DNA of 64,000 bases, taken from positions 651,697-715,696 of the forward strand of contig ML996699.1 of assembly GCA_010356995.1 (NCBI GenBank), read 5' to 3'. Every line of letters starts with the position of its first letter. The stretch's first letter is position 1. Position numbers and translations under genes: made by a program. The notes under the pieces were generated by a model. The model had not been told where the DNA came from. It made no database searches and was given only the letters and a program-made list of their open reading frames with translations. Shown in pieces: positions 48,141-61,742 of this stretch. The stretch comes from Trichodelitschia bisporula (taxonomy: Eukaryota).

Positions 48141-50833
48141 GATGGCGGCGAGTTATGGTTGTCTCGGAGACATCAGCGCCGAACAGAGGCGGGGATGAGA
48201 AAATGACAAACCTACTCGAGGCGATTGTTGCCCAGGGGAGAGAACCAACCACCTTAAGGGACCCAAGTAGGCCGTCGCAGGAGAAGCGACCGGCCGGGCG
48301 AAGCGTCTGTCGTGGTACGGGAGGCGGGTGGTAAGGCGAGCTAGAGGCTCGGGGGTTCGATTCGGGGTGTGGGGGGAGGGAAGATTCTCAATCGACAGGC
48401 GACAGACGAACCGTAATCTTCTGCGCAGTTCGCATGCACAGTATGGGGGAGACTGGGATTCGGGGATGGGAAGAGAAGGCTCGATGCCGGGCGGGTGGAG
48501 CGTTGTCGGTACAGAGCGGTCGCAGGTATTGTTTGCTGCGGACAAGTTTGAGGGGGTGAGGCCCTTCGGGAACCTGCTGCACCTGCCTGGGACTGCGCGG
48601 GCAGCCCGTGTCTCTCTCTGTTCTCTTTTCCTTCTGGTCCCTCTCTCTCGCTTTTGCCACGAGTTTGCGTCGACGGAGAAGACGATGAACAACGGACTCG
48701 ACCACTCGACGATGATTATGAGTGGGAGCTCTCACGGGAGGAGGAGGAGGAGGAGGGTTTGGGGATGGATAGGGCTTGTTGGAGGTTGTGTGATGAAGAG
48801 AGGCGTTGTGGTGTTGCTGGCGATGACAGGAGTCGGACTGCAGGCAGAGGGACTGCAGACTTGCCGAGCAGCGGCTTGGGGACTTGGTGATTGGACTGTG
48901 CTGGGGCCTTGGGGGGAGGGGGCAGACTGGGGGTTTTCTGGGAGGGAGGGGGCGAGAGATTCTGGATGAAACCTCATGCGCAGCGATGGTGCAGGTCTTT
49001 TCTAATTTACCATCACAACGCCGCCCTCTAGTCTCTCAACGCCATCATCTGCACCAACTACAACTTGTTCGGCAGCTAGAATGCACAGTCTAGGATGCTA
49101 TATACAAAGATATTGTCTTTGTTTTGAGCCCAGTGCTTCTACCAACTTGACTCTTCTTGGCTCCCTTCCGCAATGCACTGAGCTGGCATACATCCGTACA
49201 GATAGAACTTGCTCCTTTTTTGCCCTCGTCTGCCTTCGCACGGCCTCATGCTCAAGGCTGGCGTTTTGGTGCCTGTTCACGCTGTGCTCACGGTACATAG
49301 GTACATGTCTTTACTAATATACGTTACTTACAGTCGTCTACAGTCGTCTACAGCCCTCTCTCGCCGCCTTTGAAATCCATCTTCACAGGGCAAAAACCGA
49401 TTCCCCCCCGCAGTCAGCCCACGTTCAGCCCATGTGCAGCCCAACAACCAGTCGCCACTCTCAACTGCCCCTAGTCGCCATGCGTCCCCAACTCCTCTGG
49501 GCAGCACTGTGCACGGCTCTTGATTCGAGCGGCAAGCGCCCTTTTGGCCAAAATTAGGCATAGAGGGACACGGCTTTGTTGTGGGATTGGCTACATTAGC
49601 TACATATATCTTGCCTACACGCCTATTGCTCGCGCTTCTCGCTTGAATATTTTTGCTGGCCCATTCACAGCGTTGCCTGCATTTGGTCCATTTAGGGGAG
49701 AATATTCGGGCACGCAATAGGTGCATATCGAACATGAAGCGTCGTGATGATATTCTCGTTCTTCACGGTCTATATGCTTCTGCGCCACCAACAACATAAT
49801 TTTGTCATCACCCTGCTTAGATAGACGCAGGAAGAACGACTACACTGATGGGTCGAGAAGCTGATGACAACGGCCGGGACAGCTCGACTCATGCCGAAGG
49901 CAAGTGCGAGTCTTGTTGGGTGTGTTCTTGTTTGGTATGCGTTAAAAACTTGTAAGCCTGCCTCCAAAGCTGTGCACTCTTACTGGCAGTCCATCTGTTG
50001 TGTGGACACAGTTGCCAACAAGAGACAGGCTATACCATTCGCACCTTGGGTTGCACCTTCTTCCAGTCCGAGATTTGGATGTCAACCCTAATGCGGCCAG
50101 CTGCCTGCCGAAGAAAGACGACTACCTGAGTGAAGGCTAGAGGGCGGGCCTGTGTAGGGCAAAGATACGGCTTGATGTTGTACAGCAATCATCGATACTT
50201 TCCGTCCATCAGGGTCTCAACCTCACGAGACGTTGGCCTTGAGTGGTGTAGGTAGTCGAGCATTCTGAGACATCGATTATACTTTGGCGATCGACTAATT
50301 TCGTCATGGGTAGAACATTGTTTCTGATGGGCGATGCCAGAGCTGGACCTTGGACGAAGATCAAAACACCAAGTTAGCAAATGTGGAAATATCCGAAGCG
50401 GAACAGTAAAAGAGCTCGGGAAGCTTTTGAGATCTGGTAGCACAGAAGAGCCCGCCCTTACACTGTGCCGCAGTGAATGCTGGCGAAGGTATCCGTACCG
50501 TACAAGTAGTTGGTGATGACATGCGGGAAGTCGTGCCGTGCCGTGCTTCCCCCGTTCCCGCTCTCCACATTTTCGCACGCGCCGAAGCTGAGGGCAGAAA
50601 CCACGTGACATGGCGCCCTATCAGCAGCCACAACGCCAGCCTCCCCCACCACGGCACTCGGTCCGAATCCGGACAAGCAAAAGGGTGAGAACGCGGTTCG
50701 AGCTCTCGGACCTCTTCCAATGCGCGTCTCATACGCACTTCTACAGCTCCAACGCCCTTTCCATGGACTCGTCCTGCCACGCTTCCCCCATCACGCCGTA
50801 GCGCGTCCCTTCAGCTACCCCGGCAGCCGCACA

Positions 50834-52603
50834 ATGGCTACTTCACCACATATCCAGGCGCGGGACTTCGACGGCACCGCTCCTTCTGCGCCCGTGAGCG
50901 GGGCGTCTCCTCCGCCGCTTTCGATCGTTACCTCGCTTCCATCAATTCCTCCTAATCGGCCGTCTCTTGATGTGCCCTCTCCGCTGACGCGCCGCATAAC
51001 GCGGAGCAACACTGTGCGCAACTACCATGCGAACCCAGCCCATGGATGGGAGGAGCCCGGCGCTGAACCAGGAGTAGATACAGAAGCGGAGCGTCTGTCG
51101 CAATTCGACCACCTGAGGCAAGAGACGCAGGTTACCATTGTGGACTTTGCGCCTGGTCGAATGACCAAATATGAACTTGGCAATGTCGATCTCGGAGGGT
51201 TTCTGGCGCGGCCACGCGAGGCGTGGGTAAAGTCCCGGTGGATCAATGTTAATCGCCTGGACTGGAGTGTGATCAAAATGCTGGGGAACACGTACAAGCT
51301 GCATCGGCTGGCCATTGAGGATCTGATGAACACCAATGGCCGGACCAAGGTCGATTGGTACTCGGATCATGCCTTCAGTGAGTTGAACAGTGAAGGGGGC
51401 TTCGGTTTCCCGCTGCTAACCTCTCGCAGTTCTCCTCACACTTCAAAAGCTCATCCGCTTTAACCCCGAAGTCGACTCAGATAGCGACTCCGACACGTCG
51501 AGTCTCAAGCCAAAGTCCTACTTGCAGCGCCTATTCGGCAAGCACCAGCACCCTCGTGCGCCATCCATCGACAGCGAGAACGGCTCTCCCAAAATTCCCG
51601 CTATCAAAGCCCTCGATCTCAATCCGACGCCCAATTCCTCTTACCGCACCCTGCACCGCTACCGCGGTGGCGTCAATACGGAGAGAACGCTGTACATGGA
51701 GCGGAACTCAGGGCTTACACGTAAGAATTTGGCAGTGAGCGTAGAACAGGTATCTCTCTTCCTCACAGCTGACAACACCGTCATCGCCTTTTTTGAACAC
51801 TCAGCCGACGACATCGAGGGCCCGATTTTGCGCCGCTTGAGCTCGCCGGACACCATCCTGCGCCGCACAGCCGATGCGTCCATGCTGCTGCAGGCCATCA
51901 TCGATGCCATCATCGATCTCGCCCTGCCAGTGACTGCCGCCTACGAGGACATCATGGGCGACCTCGAACTTGATATCCTCACGGATCCAAGCATTGAGCA
52001 CTCCCGCGTTCTACACGTTCTCTCCTCTGAGCTTTCCTTGCTCCGAAACAACCTCCAGCCTATGGCCAACGTGGTGGCCGCACTGCGGGACCACGGGCGG
52101 CCCGGGCCGAGCGAAACGGGGCTGGTGGGGCGCGTGGCGACAGAAGTCAAGATCTCAGGAGCGACGCACACATACCTGGGCGACGTGGAGGACCACGTGC
52201 TGCAGATGATCCAAAACCTGGAGATCATGCGGCGAACAACCCAGGACATGGTCGACCTCATTTTCAACCAGATGGGGGCGTTTCAAAACGAGAGCATGAA
52301 GCAGCTCACGGCCGTCACGATCTTCTTCTTGCCGTTGACCTTCTTGACTGGTTACTTTGGCATGAATTTCGAGCACTTTGCTGCGATTCGCAATTCAGAT
52401 GCGTTTTTTTGGAAAATCACGATACCTGTAATGGTGATTACGGTTCTGGTTTTGATGTAGGTTCCGAATATTTCCCTGGGAGGAAGGAGAAGTCGCTAAC
52501 CTTGGCTAACAGGCGTCCGATGCTCTGGCGCACTCTCACGCGTACATACAATAAGGGCCAGATTCGGCATCGGGCACGGCGCGCTCGGGATAAGCAGGAG
52601 TAG
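50834..52603 (+). CDS. CorA-family Mg2+ transporter
   Basis: [61 protein letters not shown] (GMN signature). Introns 51378-51429 and 52457-52512. Confidence 0.93.
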
Positions 52604-54203
52604 AAGGGCACGGGAAATGCTGGGAGACAGGATACCAATAGACGATATGATGATGTCATTCGGACGGACGGGCCGGAAGAAATAAGAATAATGTACGAAG
52701 CAGTAGATCTCACCCCGTCCCGATGCTTACCTCCGGTAATCCGTAGTCGAAGCTGTTGTGGGCCCGAGCCGGATCACGGGTAGCAACTCATCTTGGCCCC
52801 GGATCTTGGACAAGCCGTCCGATTTTGTCATCCACACCAAACAAGGGTACGGTCAATGTAAGCAACGCCTCCAAAAGCCATCCGCTTTTTTTCTTCTTCC
52901 AATCGTCATGCAAGCGCGCGTCGTGCGTTTAAGGCCGCCACCCCAGTCGGCGAGTTCAGATCCGCCGGCGCTATTCCGCCGAGAAAGTAATCAAGCGGCG
53001 GCGCGTGCACGCCCAAATCTTCCATCAACGAGTCACAGCGCGCCTCGCTCTGCCCTCACAAAAACTGCCGTTTCTAACCAGCCATCCCATTCATCACCGA
53101 TTACCCGCGCGATATCCAACGCACAGCGCAAACATTTACCAGCCACACCTCCTCCCCCCTCCCCCCTCCCGGCTCTCCTGCAAACACTCGGACCGACCTC
53201 GCGCCCCTACTTTCCCATCCTGGGAGCCCTGTCGAGCCCTACCACCCGGTCGTCGATGAAGAACGGGGTCCAAGCCTGGTAAGCTTTGCCCCGCGCATGC
53301 TGATTGGATGGCGATTCGTGATTGTGCCGGCCCGGATGGGGGCGGATGTGTTTTGGTGGGCTTGGCGGGCTTGGCTGGAGGGGTTGGTCGCGTGCTAGTT
53401 TGTGGATCGAGATGGGAGTTGATGGGGACGGAGAGTGATGGGGATTGAGAGATTGAGTGGCGTGGAGCGCGGGGAAGAGATGGGGGCAAACAGGTTCGAG
53501 GGATGAGTACGGATAGCGAAGTTGGAAATGCGGTGCCCGGCTGTGATGCGGCTCGATGCAGAAGCTTCGCACGTGGACAGGGGAGGTGTTTCCTCCGCTC
53601 TCCGGGCCGGAAGTGACATCAGATGCAGTATTGCCATTCGGAGCCGACTGGTGTTTCGAGTGGCTGATTCGTGTCTGCTTCGGGGAAGATAAGCGACTTA
53701 ACAAGCACTCCGTCGCCAGGAAGATGGAGCAAGAGACAGGTGCATCTCTCGGCAAATGGACATCCTAACTGGCAGTGGGATAGTGGCATGAGTCCGACCG
53801 CCCCGTCCTGCTTGCTGGCAAGCTTAGTGCCTGCCTTGCTAAGCTGCCAGGCCGGCAGTGGTTGGCACGCACCCTAATACCGTCGTGGGATCCACTCCCA
53901 TTTCCCATTTCCCTTTTGCCTGTCCTTTTTTCCTGTTTATCTTGTGTTGCTTGACCCCGTCCTGTTGCAGCATCTCTTGTTGGTATCTTCTGGTACCTAT
54001 CTTTTCTTGCGGCAGAGGAGATCGTGTGTGTGTGCACGGTAGTCGGAGTGTACCTCATCCTACCTCGCTTCCTCGCCTTGCCGTCGACGTCCACCGCACG
54101 ACTCGCTCATTACTCGGAACTCATACGCAGGACAAGAACACGCCGTAACCCCGCCGTCCCCGATCCGCTCCCGCCCGCCTCCTTCCATCCTTCATCCTTC
54201 AAG

Positions 54204-55662
54204 ATGACTCTCGGCGCTGTCCTAGAACCGGGCCTCGTCGTCTCCCTCCTCGCAACCGGCGTCCTCCTCAACCGTCGCCGCGCCCCGATCCCCCGCCGTC
54301 CCAACCCAGACGAGGAGGATCCGTCCCCCCCAGGCACACCGGGCTCCGATGCCCCCCTCCTCGATTCGCTCCCATGGGGCAAGGACGAAGCTCCGTCCAC
54401 AGCGTCGATCTCAAGGACCGAGATCGCGAACAAGAGGCGCGAGGGATGGCGTCCGCGGACACTGAAGGCGGGGCCGTGGCGGCGAACCGTGTGGACGCCG
54501 GATACGGCCGTATATAAGAACCGGTGGTTCAGCCGCGTTGTTGCGCAGTTTCCGTTCCTAGTGGAGGTGCGTCCGAGGAGATAATAAGCCAGGGGCCTCT
54601 GCTAATTCCCTACCAGGCACTATACTGGGCCTTGCTATACTGGGTAAGCCTTTCTCTTGCGGGGCAGCTGCGGCTCGGACCCCACTCCGCCCTTGCATAT
54701 CGACTAACACCCCCCAGGTCTACCAACTCGGCCGCGCCTTCACCGCCGTAACCCTCCTCCAAAGCACCGTCTCCGTCGCCCGCCGGCACGCCCTGCAAGT
54801 CATCCGCACCGAGCGCGCGCTGCACATCTTCTGGGAGCTCGACATCCAAGCCTGGTTCCTCGCCCGGCCATCCCTGCTCAAAATCATCAACAACATCTAC
54901 TCCTTCGTGCACATCCCCGGCACAATCGCCTTCCTCGTCTGGCTCTACTGGTACACCGACGCAGCGCCGCACCTGCGCACCCGCTCGCGCAACAGCAAGC
55001 CGGGCGAGCGCAGCTCCCCAGCCCGGTCCCCGACCCGCGCCCTCGCCGACCAGGCCATCTACCACGCGCGCCGCCGCACAATGGCCATGTGCAACCTGCT
55101 CGCCTTTGTCGTGTTCACGCTATGGCCATGCATGCCACCGCGCCTCCTCTCCGACTCCACGCTCAAAGACGCCGACACGCCCGCCGGTCTCTCGGGCCAG
55201 GGCTTCGGATTCGTAGACACAGTCCACGGGAAGGGCAGCGTCGCGAGCGTCTGGACGCAGAACAAGTTCTGCAACCAGTATGCCGCGATGCCGTCGCTGC
55301 ATTTCGGGTATTCGCTGCTGATTGGCGCAAGTATAGCCACTGTGCCGGTGAGGGGCGCGGCGGGGGCGCCGGAGTGGGTGTTTAGTTTGCATGGCGTGCA
55401 GTACCGCCTTAGGGTACCCGGGTGGAATTGGAGGAGGCTGGGGTGTGTGGGCGTTGGTGTTTTGTATCCGCTTACGATTCTGGTTGCGATTGTGGCCACG
55501 GCGAATCATTTTTTGCTGGACGCGGTGGCGGGGGCGGGGGTGTGTGGGCTTGCGTGGTGGGGGAATGAGGGGATGGTGAATTTGAGGCCGGTTGAGGATT
55601 GGGCGCTGTGGTGCGTGGGGTTGCATTTTCCTGAGGGCGAGGATGAGAGGGAGGAGGTTTAG
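54204..55662 (+). CDS. PAP2-superfamily (Aur1/Ipt1-like domain) integral membrane protein
   Basis: FPFLVE|ALYWALLYW|VYQLGRAF via a 27 nt exon at 54617-54643. Motifs WPCMPPRLL, YAAMPSLHFGY, IVATANHFLLDA. Confidence 0.88.
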
Positions 55663-57040
55663 GGATGTGGTAATGCGGGGGTAATGGGGTTGTCGACGTT
55701 GGGACGGGATGATGGTGACGGAATGACGGCCGCTTGTGTGTTGTGTGTGTGTGTGTGTGGACGGGCGGTGACCCGGGTGTATGGGGTGCATTCTTACGCG
55801 GATGGGATACCCCTTGTCTTTTTGTTTATGGTACCTGGTAATGGCAGTGTGACATCTCACTTTGGAAGATGCCGAAGGCGGTGGTGATAACTCCAGAAAC
55901 TACAACGGCGTATCTATCGTCGCTGTCGATGCCTCGAAGTCCAGCCGCCCCTCGGCCCTTTCCGTTCACCCGGCCGAGGGTCGTCGTCGGGCCGGCCTCG
56001 GCAAGCTAGCGAGTTTCGGTACCGCCTGGCGCTCACCCGACTGCCACTTTAACTGCCGGACCCGGCTGACGCGGACTGATTGTCCCTACATTCTCACTGC
56101 AATGAATCCAGACTCTCCGTTGTCCGCCGCCGGCATGACACTTGATCTTTAAGTACCGGTAGAATATCACGACAGGTGGAGCTGTGGAGAAGGTGCAGGG
56201 CTATCAAGTGAACTGCAGGATTTGCTCCGACGGCGAGCTCGCCTCCCAACGGCGCGGTGTTAGCTGAACGCTGGCCGGTCCGCCAGCTCCATTCTCGACG
56301 CCTACGGTAGAGCAAGATCTCCACATGCCCAGCAGTAACACCGCAGCAACACGGGTACGACAGGCTCACCAAGTCATGACAAAGCGCTCTCAAATCCGGT
56401 GGTCTCCCCATTGGGCGCCAACCGCATTCCCAATTCACTCTTCATCCAATTTGCTTTTATTGGTATTAAGGTTACGAGATCCATTTCGAATCGGGTCGCC
56501 CAGATTTGCGTCTGCGAACAGGAGCTGCCCCGCACTCGCTGACACACACCCCGTCAGCCGCTTTGTGAGCCCCGCCCTCGCCCCAGCTGCCCCGCCGGGA
56601 GCTCCGTGCGTCATGTCAAGCGCGGGGCGGGGCACGGGCTAGAACTAGGCGTGCGTGGTGGGGTCGTGATGTTCACAACCTCAATGCAAAGTATCTCCTT
56701 CACCCAGAATCAGAACCTCAATTGCAATACTGCGGTATCAGGACTGAGGCGTGATAAGCCTAGCCGTGGTGATTAGGACCTCAAATCAATGTCGTCATGT
56801 CTACGAGTGCATGGACAGATAGCGGGGTAGCAACGCGAGGCAGGGCAACCCCGCGGGTCGCATCGGGCAAGTGGGGCAGGGCCCGCGCGTCATCGTGACG
56901 GGGCCGTCACACATCGCAGTACTCGTAGAGGCTCGAAGGGGCCAGGCGCTGCTTGCGCGGGAGCGGGCGGGTTGCACGGGCATGACGGGGTAAGTTGGGT
57001 GGAGAGGATAAAAGGCGTGGGTTTGCTTTTGCGCTGTTAA

Positions 57041-58045
<1,005 letters not shown>

Positions 58046-58779
58046 GTCAATACAACGTGTGGGGAAGATGTTGGAGGCAGGAAGTGAGAATGGTGGGGAG
58101 AAGGGTTGTGCGTGGCGCATGTGTACTCCGTACGTTGCTAGCAACGCCGAGGTCGCTTAAAATCGTAACGAAGAAAGCCAATGATCCTCCACCATACCAC
58201 TTCAATTATATGCTCGTTTGAAGCTGAGAGTTGACTGTGTCACATTGTAGATGGCACGTATCGTGCCTTCACCATACCCCGATGGCCCGGTCTGTGGCTC
58301 AGCCTTGTTCAGCCTTGGCCCCAGCTGGCCGAGTCATGGACACTCCCGGCGCTGACATTCACGGCATCGGCAGTTTCCAAAGCCGATCGATCCAAAATCG
58401 GGATGAAGGGCGAGTGGAGCAGCCTAGAGGTGGAAAGTAAGAGGTCAACGCATGGGTGGTAGCTACCGAAAGCCCTTTTTAATATTCGGAATCCATCAAG
58501 TCCATGTGTCACAGGAGCCCCGTACCACGTATGGAATTTGTGTGCATGACGAAGATTCTTCACTTGAGGAGTATAACTACCACCCGGAGACCACAAATAA
58601 CAACACTCCACTCTGCCCTGCGGTAGAATGTCATACCTGGCATGCAAGTGTGGAGAAGTGAAAAGTGGAACAGATGATTGAGATGAACCGACGAAGACTT
58701 CTGGAGGGATAAATCTCGTCTAATGTACACAGGCAATGTTCATCAGTCGTAATGCCCCTACTGCAGAAAGGCATACAGA

Positions 58780-60550
58780 CGCGGCCGCTCACTACCACCA
58801 AACCGACCCGCACGACCCCTACCGCCACGAATATCCCGCGTGTATGCAGTTGGGTGCGCGCTTCCTGACCCGGCCGCCGCCGAACCTGGCCACTGAGATA
58901 GTCCTTGACTAACTTCTTTACGTCTTTGGAACTATTGTCACCGGGAAGGATGGACAAATTGCTTGCGATGGAGTAGCAAACCTTGCTGAAGGCCAGTCGT
59001 GGTGGAGACCTACACTTCTAACTAGTTCGTTTCAAGCACCTCTCAAGACCTGCGTCGTCCTTGAAGGGCGTGGCAAAGGCCACGGCGAACGCCATACGCT
59101 GGATAGCAGTATTAGCATAGTTGACGGGGGGCCAAGGACCATGAGAGCGCTTACGGACTTAATATAGCATCGACTTCGTCATCTACAACGTAGAGAGGCT
59201 ATAGGACAAACCGCTGCTTACGGTGCTCTTCTCTTACGGCGCTGAGCTTAGGGCTTTCATTATCGCAGTCCAGTAGCTCGAGTCTCCCGTCGCCAATATT
59301 GAATCCGTGAATGTAATGGACTATGGAAAGGAACTGTTCCTTAGAAACACGCACAGCTCCGAGATTCTGACGCGGCATAGCATGGAACAAAAACCATTCA
59401 GTTTCATCTCTTCCCATAAATTCCCGCATATCCTTTCGACTTCTCCAAGCGGATAGACGGGCCGCAAATGCGGACCCGAGCAGGCACTCTGGCGCCAGAA
59501 CGATCAGCAACACCCATCTTTTCTTTGTCCAGACTTGATAAATGTCACGTTGGGGTCGACTCCATCCGGTGAGCGAATGGAGCTGGATGTGCCCAGGTAC
59601 TGCAAGGTACAACAGTGACCAGGTGCATAAAAGAAGGACTCCAGTACAACTGGGAAGCGCCTCAGCCGTCGACACTGTTGTCGGAATCGCTCCAGGATGA
59701 CCTCGAGACGTCCCAAGCCCGGCGAATGGAGCCGTCAGCCGTCTGATGCCGGCACAGTGGGGGTATCTGCCGATATTCTTGAAAAAAATTCTCTCGCCCG
59801 GCTTCATGTTCTTTCGCAGGCGTCTGAGCTCCTTGGGAACTTTCTTGGAAACTTCCTCAGGATCCCACACGGGAACATCTTCGTCGCCATCGGATGGTGT
59901 ATCTTCGTCGCTATCGGGTGTTGGGTGCTCAAAAAGCAAGTCCCGAAGGGCCGTATAAAAGAGCCAACTGTCCACGATGCCCTGGTCTTTCGGGGTGCGT
60001 TTGATCTCTACTCTGCCACGGACGCAAAGACCTGCCATCAGGGAAGAGGTGCCATCGGAACGCTCTTGGCCACAAAAAGATCCACATCCGCCACCGCTGT
60101 CTCTCCCTCAGACTGTACCCACTCCAGGTAGTCGTGCGAAAAGACTGCCGTCATGACGGCAAGCCGAGTGTGCATTGGGCACAGCACGTACACAGGCCTG
60201 GTGCCGCCAGCCAGCTCTGGTGAGCCTGGGAAATCGGGGGCAATTTGATGGTTCCCCATAACCATTGTTCGGTCGGTATTTCAATCGCCGTCATATGATC
60301 CTCGGTCCACTTGGAAGTGGACACCATAAAATTTGGATCTTCGAGGGTTTCCAGGAGCTCGTTAGCCACAATCGTTGACTGGCTTGCGCGGGGGCGAAGG
60401 TTGATATCGCTTTCCATTATTGTCTGAATTCTGTTGATGCGAAACGGTGGTCGTTAAGCATGCGTGTGAGTTTGCCACATCCAGGGTTTTGATGTACGGG
60501 TACCGAGACATGCGCCATTCAGACAGTTTGTCGTGCTCCGTTAGCATGAC
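58780..60550 (-). pseudogene. Probable decayed gene fragments, including a piece of a common fungal membrane-protein family
   Basis: Broken, protein-like frames. The segment SCTGVLLLCTWSLLYLAVP...KRWVLLIVLAPECLLGSAF...W.LFHA lies inside a chimeric-looking ORF (59199-60038) with no ATG start. No coherent splice model was found. Confidence 0.45.
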
Positions 60551-61742
60551 GCTGACCTTTAGGAGGTCACGGAGTTGCAGCCAGGCACCGGCATAGGTAG
60601 AGTCTCAACTGGAACCTTTCTCCCGTTGGCACTCATGAAGAAGAGGTGCATGGCCTCGACAGTGAAGCGGCCATCACACTCACAGAGGAGCGTGCGCAGC
60701 TGGCGAAGTTCCGGGGCTGACATGTTCACCTGCATGTCAACGCCCTAAGTGCCGCGAGTGGGTCCTACTAAAGTGAAAAGCAAGCGTCAGTCCTAGTAGG
60801 AACAGGCACATTGGGGGCTGTACAACGTACTTGTTCTTTATCGTTCACTGGGCCAAGTGTGGCCTAGAAGCTTCTTCTCGCGATATAAGCAATGCATTGG
60901 GCATGGCATGACAGATCCTATTCACCTAACAGGCGATGTCAGCTGGCAGCCCTTCGCACCTATAGAGTGAGGCACTCACCCTATCTGTGATCCCCAAAAG
61001 CTTCTTGAGTTCTTCCAGCAGGACGTGAATCCTCTGAATGGTCCTCAGGACCATCTAAGTTCACCCGCACGATGGTACTCGAGACGAGCTTGGAACACGC
61101 TATCTGACCATCGGGGATCATTGGAGTTCCCGACCAGGTCTTGGTCGATATATAGCTGAGTGATATCGGTATCGACGTAATGAAGGGACAGAAGTGAAGA
61201 AGGAGGTACATATCATGATGAGTGTATAGATGAGGGAAGCACCAACGACGTTCAAGTCTGGAATGATGGATGGTGACGGTGATGTTTGATGATTCTTGAT
61301 TGATGTTCGATGGAGGTTGAGAAAAGCAAAGCGATGAAGTCCCATCCAACGTCAACCACAACCCCAGTTGTACCTTCCTCCCGAAATCCCGCTCTCTGAT
61401 TCGCCCATTCCCCCATGCCCGGCTCACCCAATTACCCGTCAATCATTTCTCGATCTGCACCGCGTTCCTGCGGATCTCGCTGGGAACACAGAAGCAAGCT
61501 GACCACGTCACCTTGGGCCGGCTGACGTTCAGCTCAGAGGGACAGGAGCGGGGTGCGCTCGGAAGATGAAGCCGCCCGAGCAGGCGGCGGAAATTATACC
61601 TATTATCTGGAGCAGGCACACCGCATATCAACATTTGTTTTGCAGTTCGATGATTCAAGATATGCAATAAGATGGTAACGACATCGCCAAAGCCGCAGTG
61701 CCTCTCCAAGTTGCCGTCTATCACGAAATCCTCACACTCATC

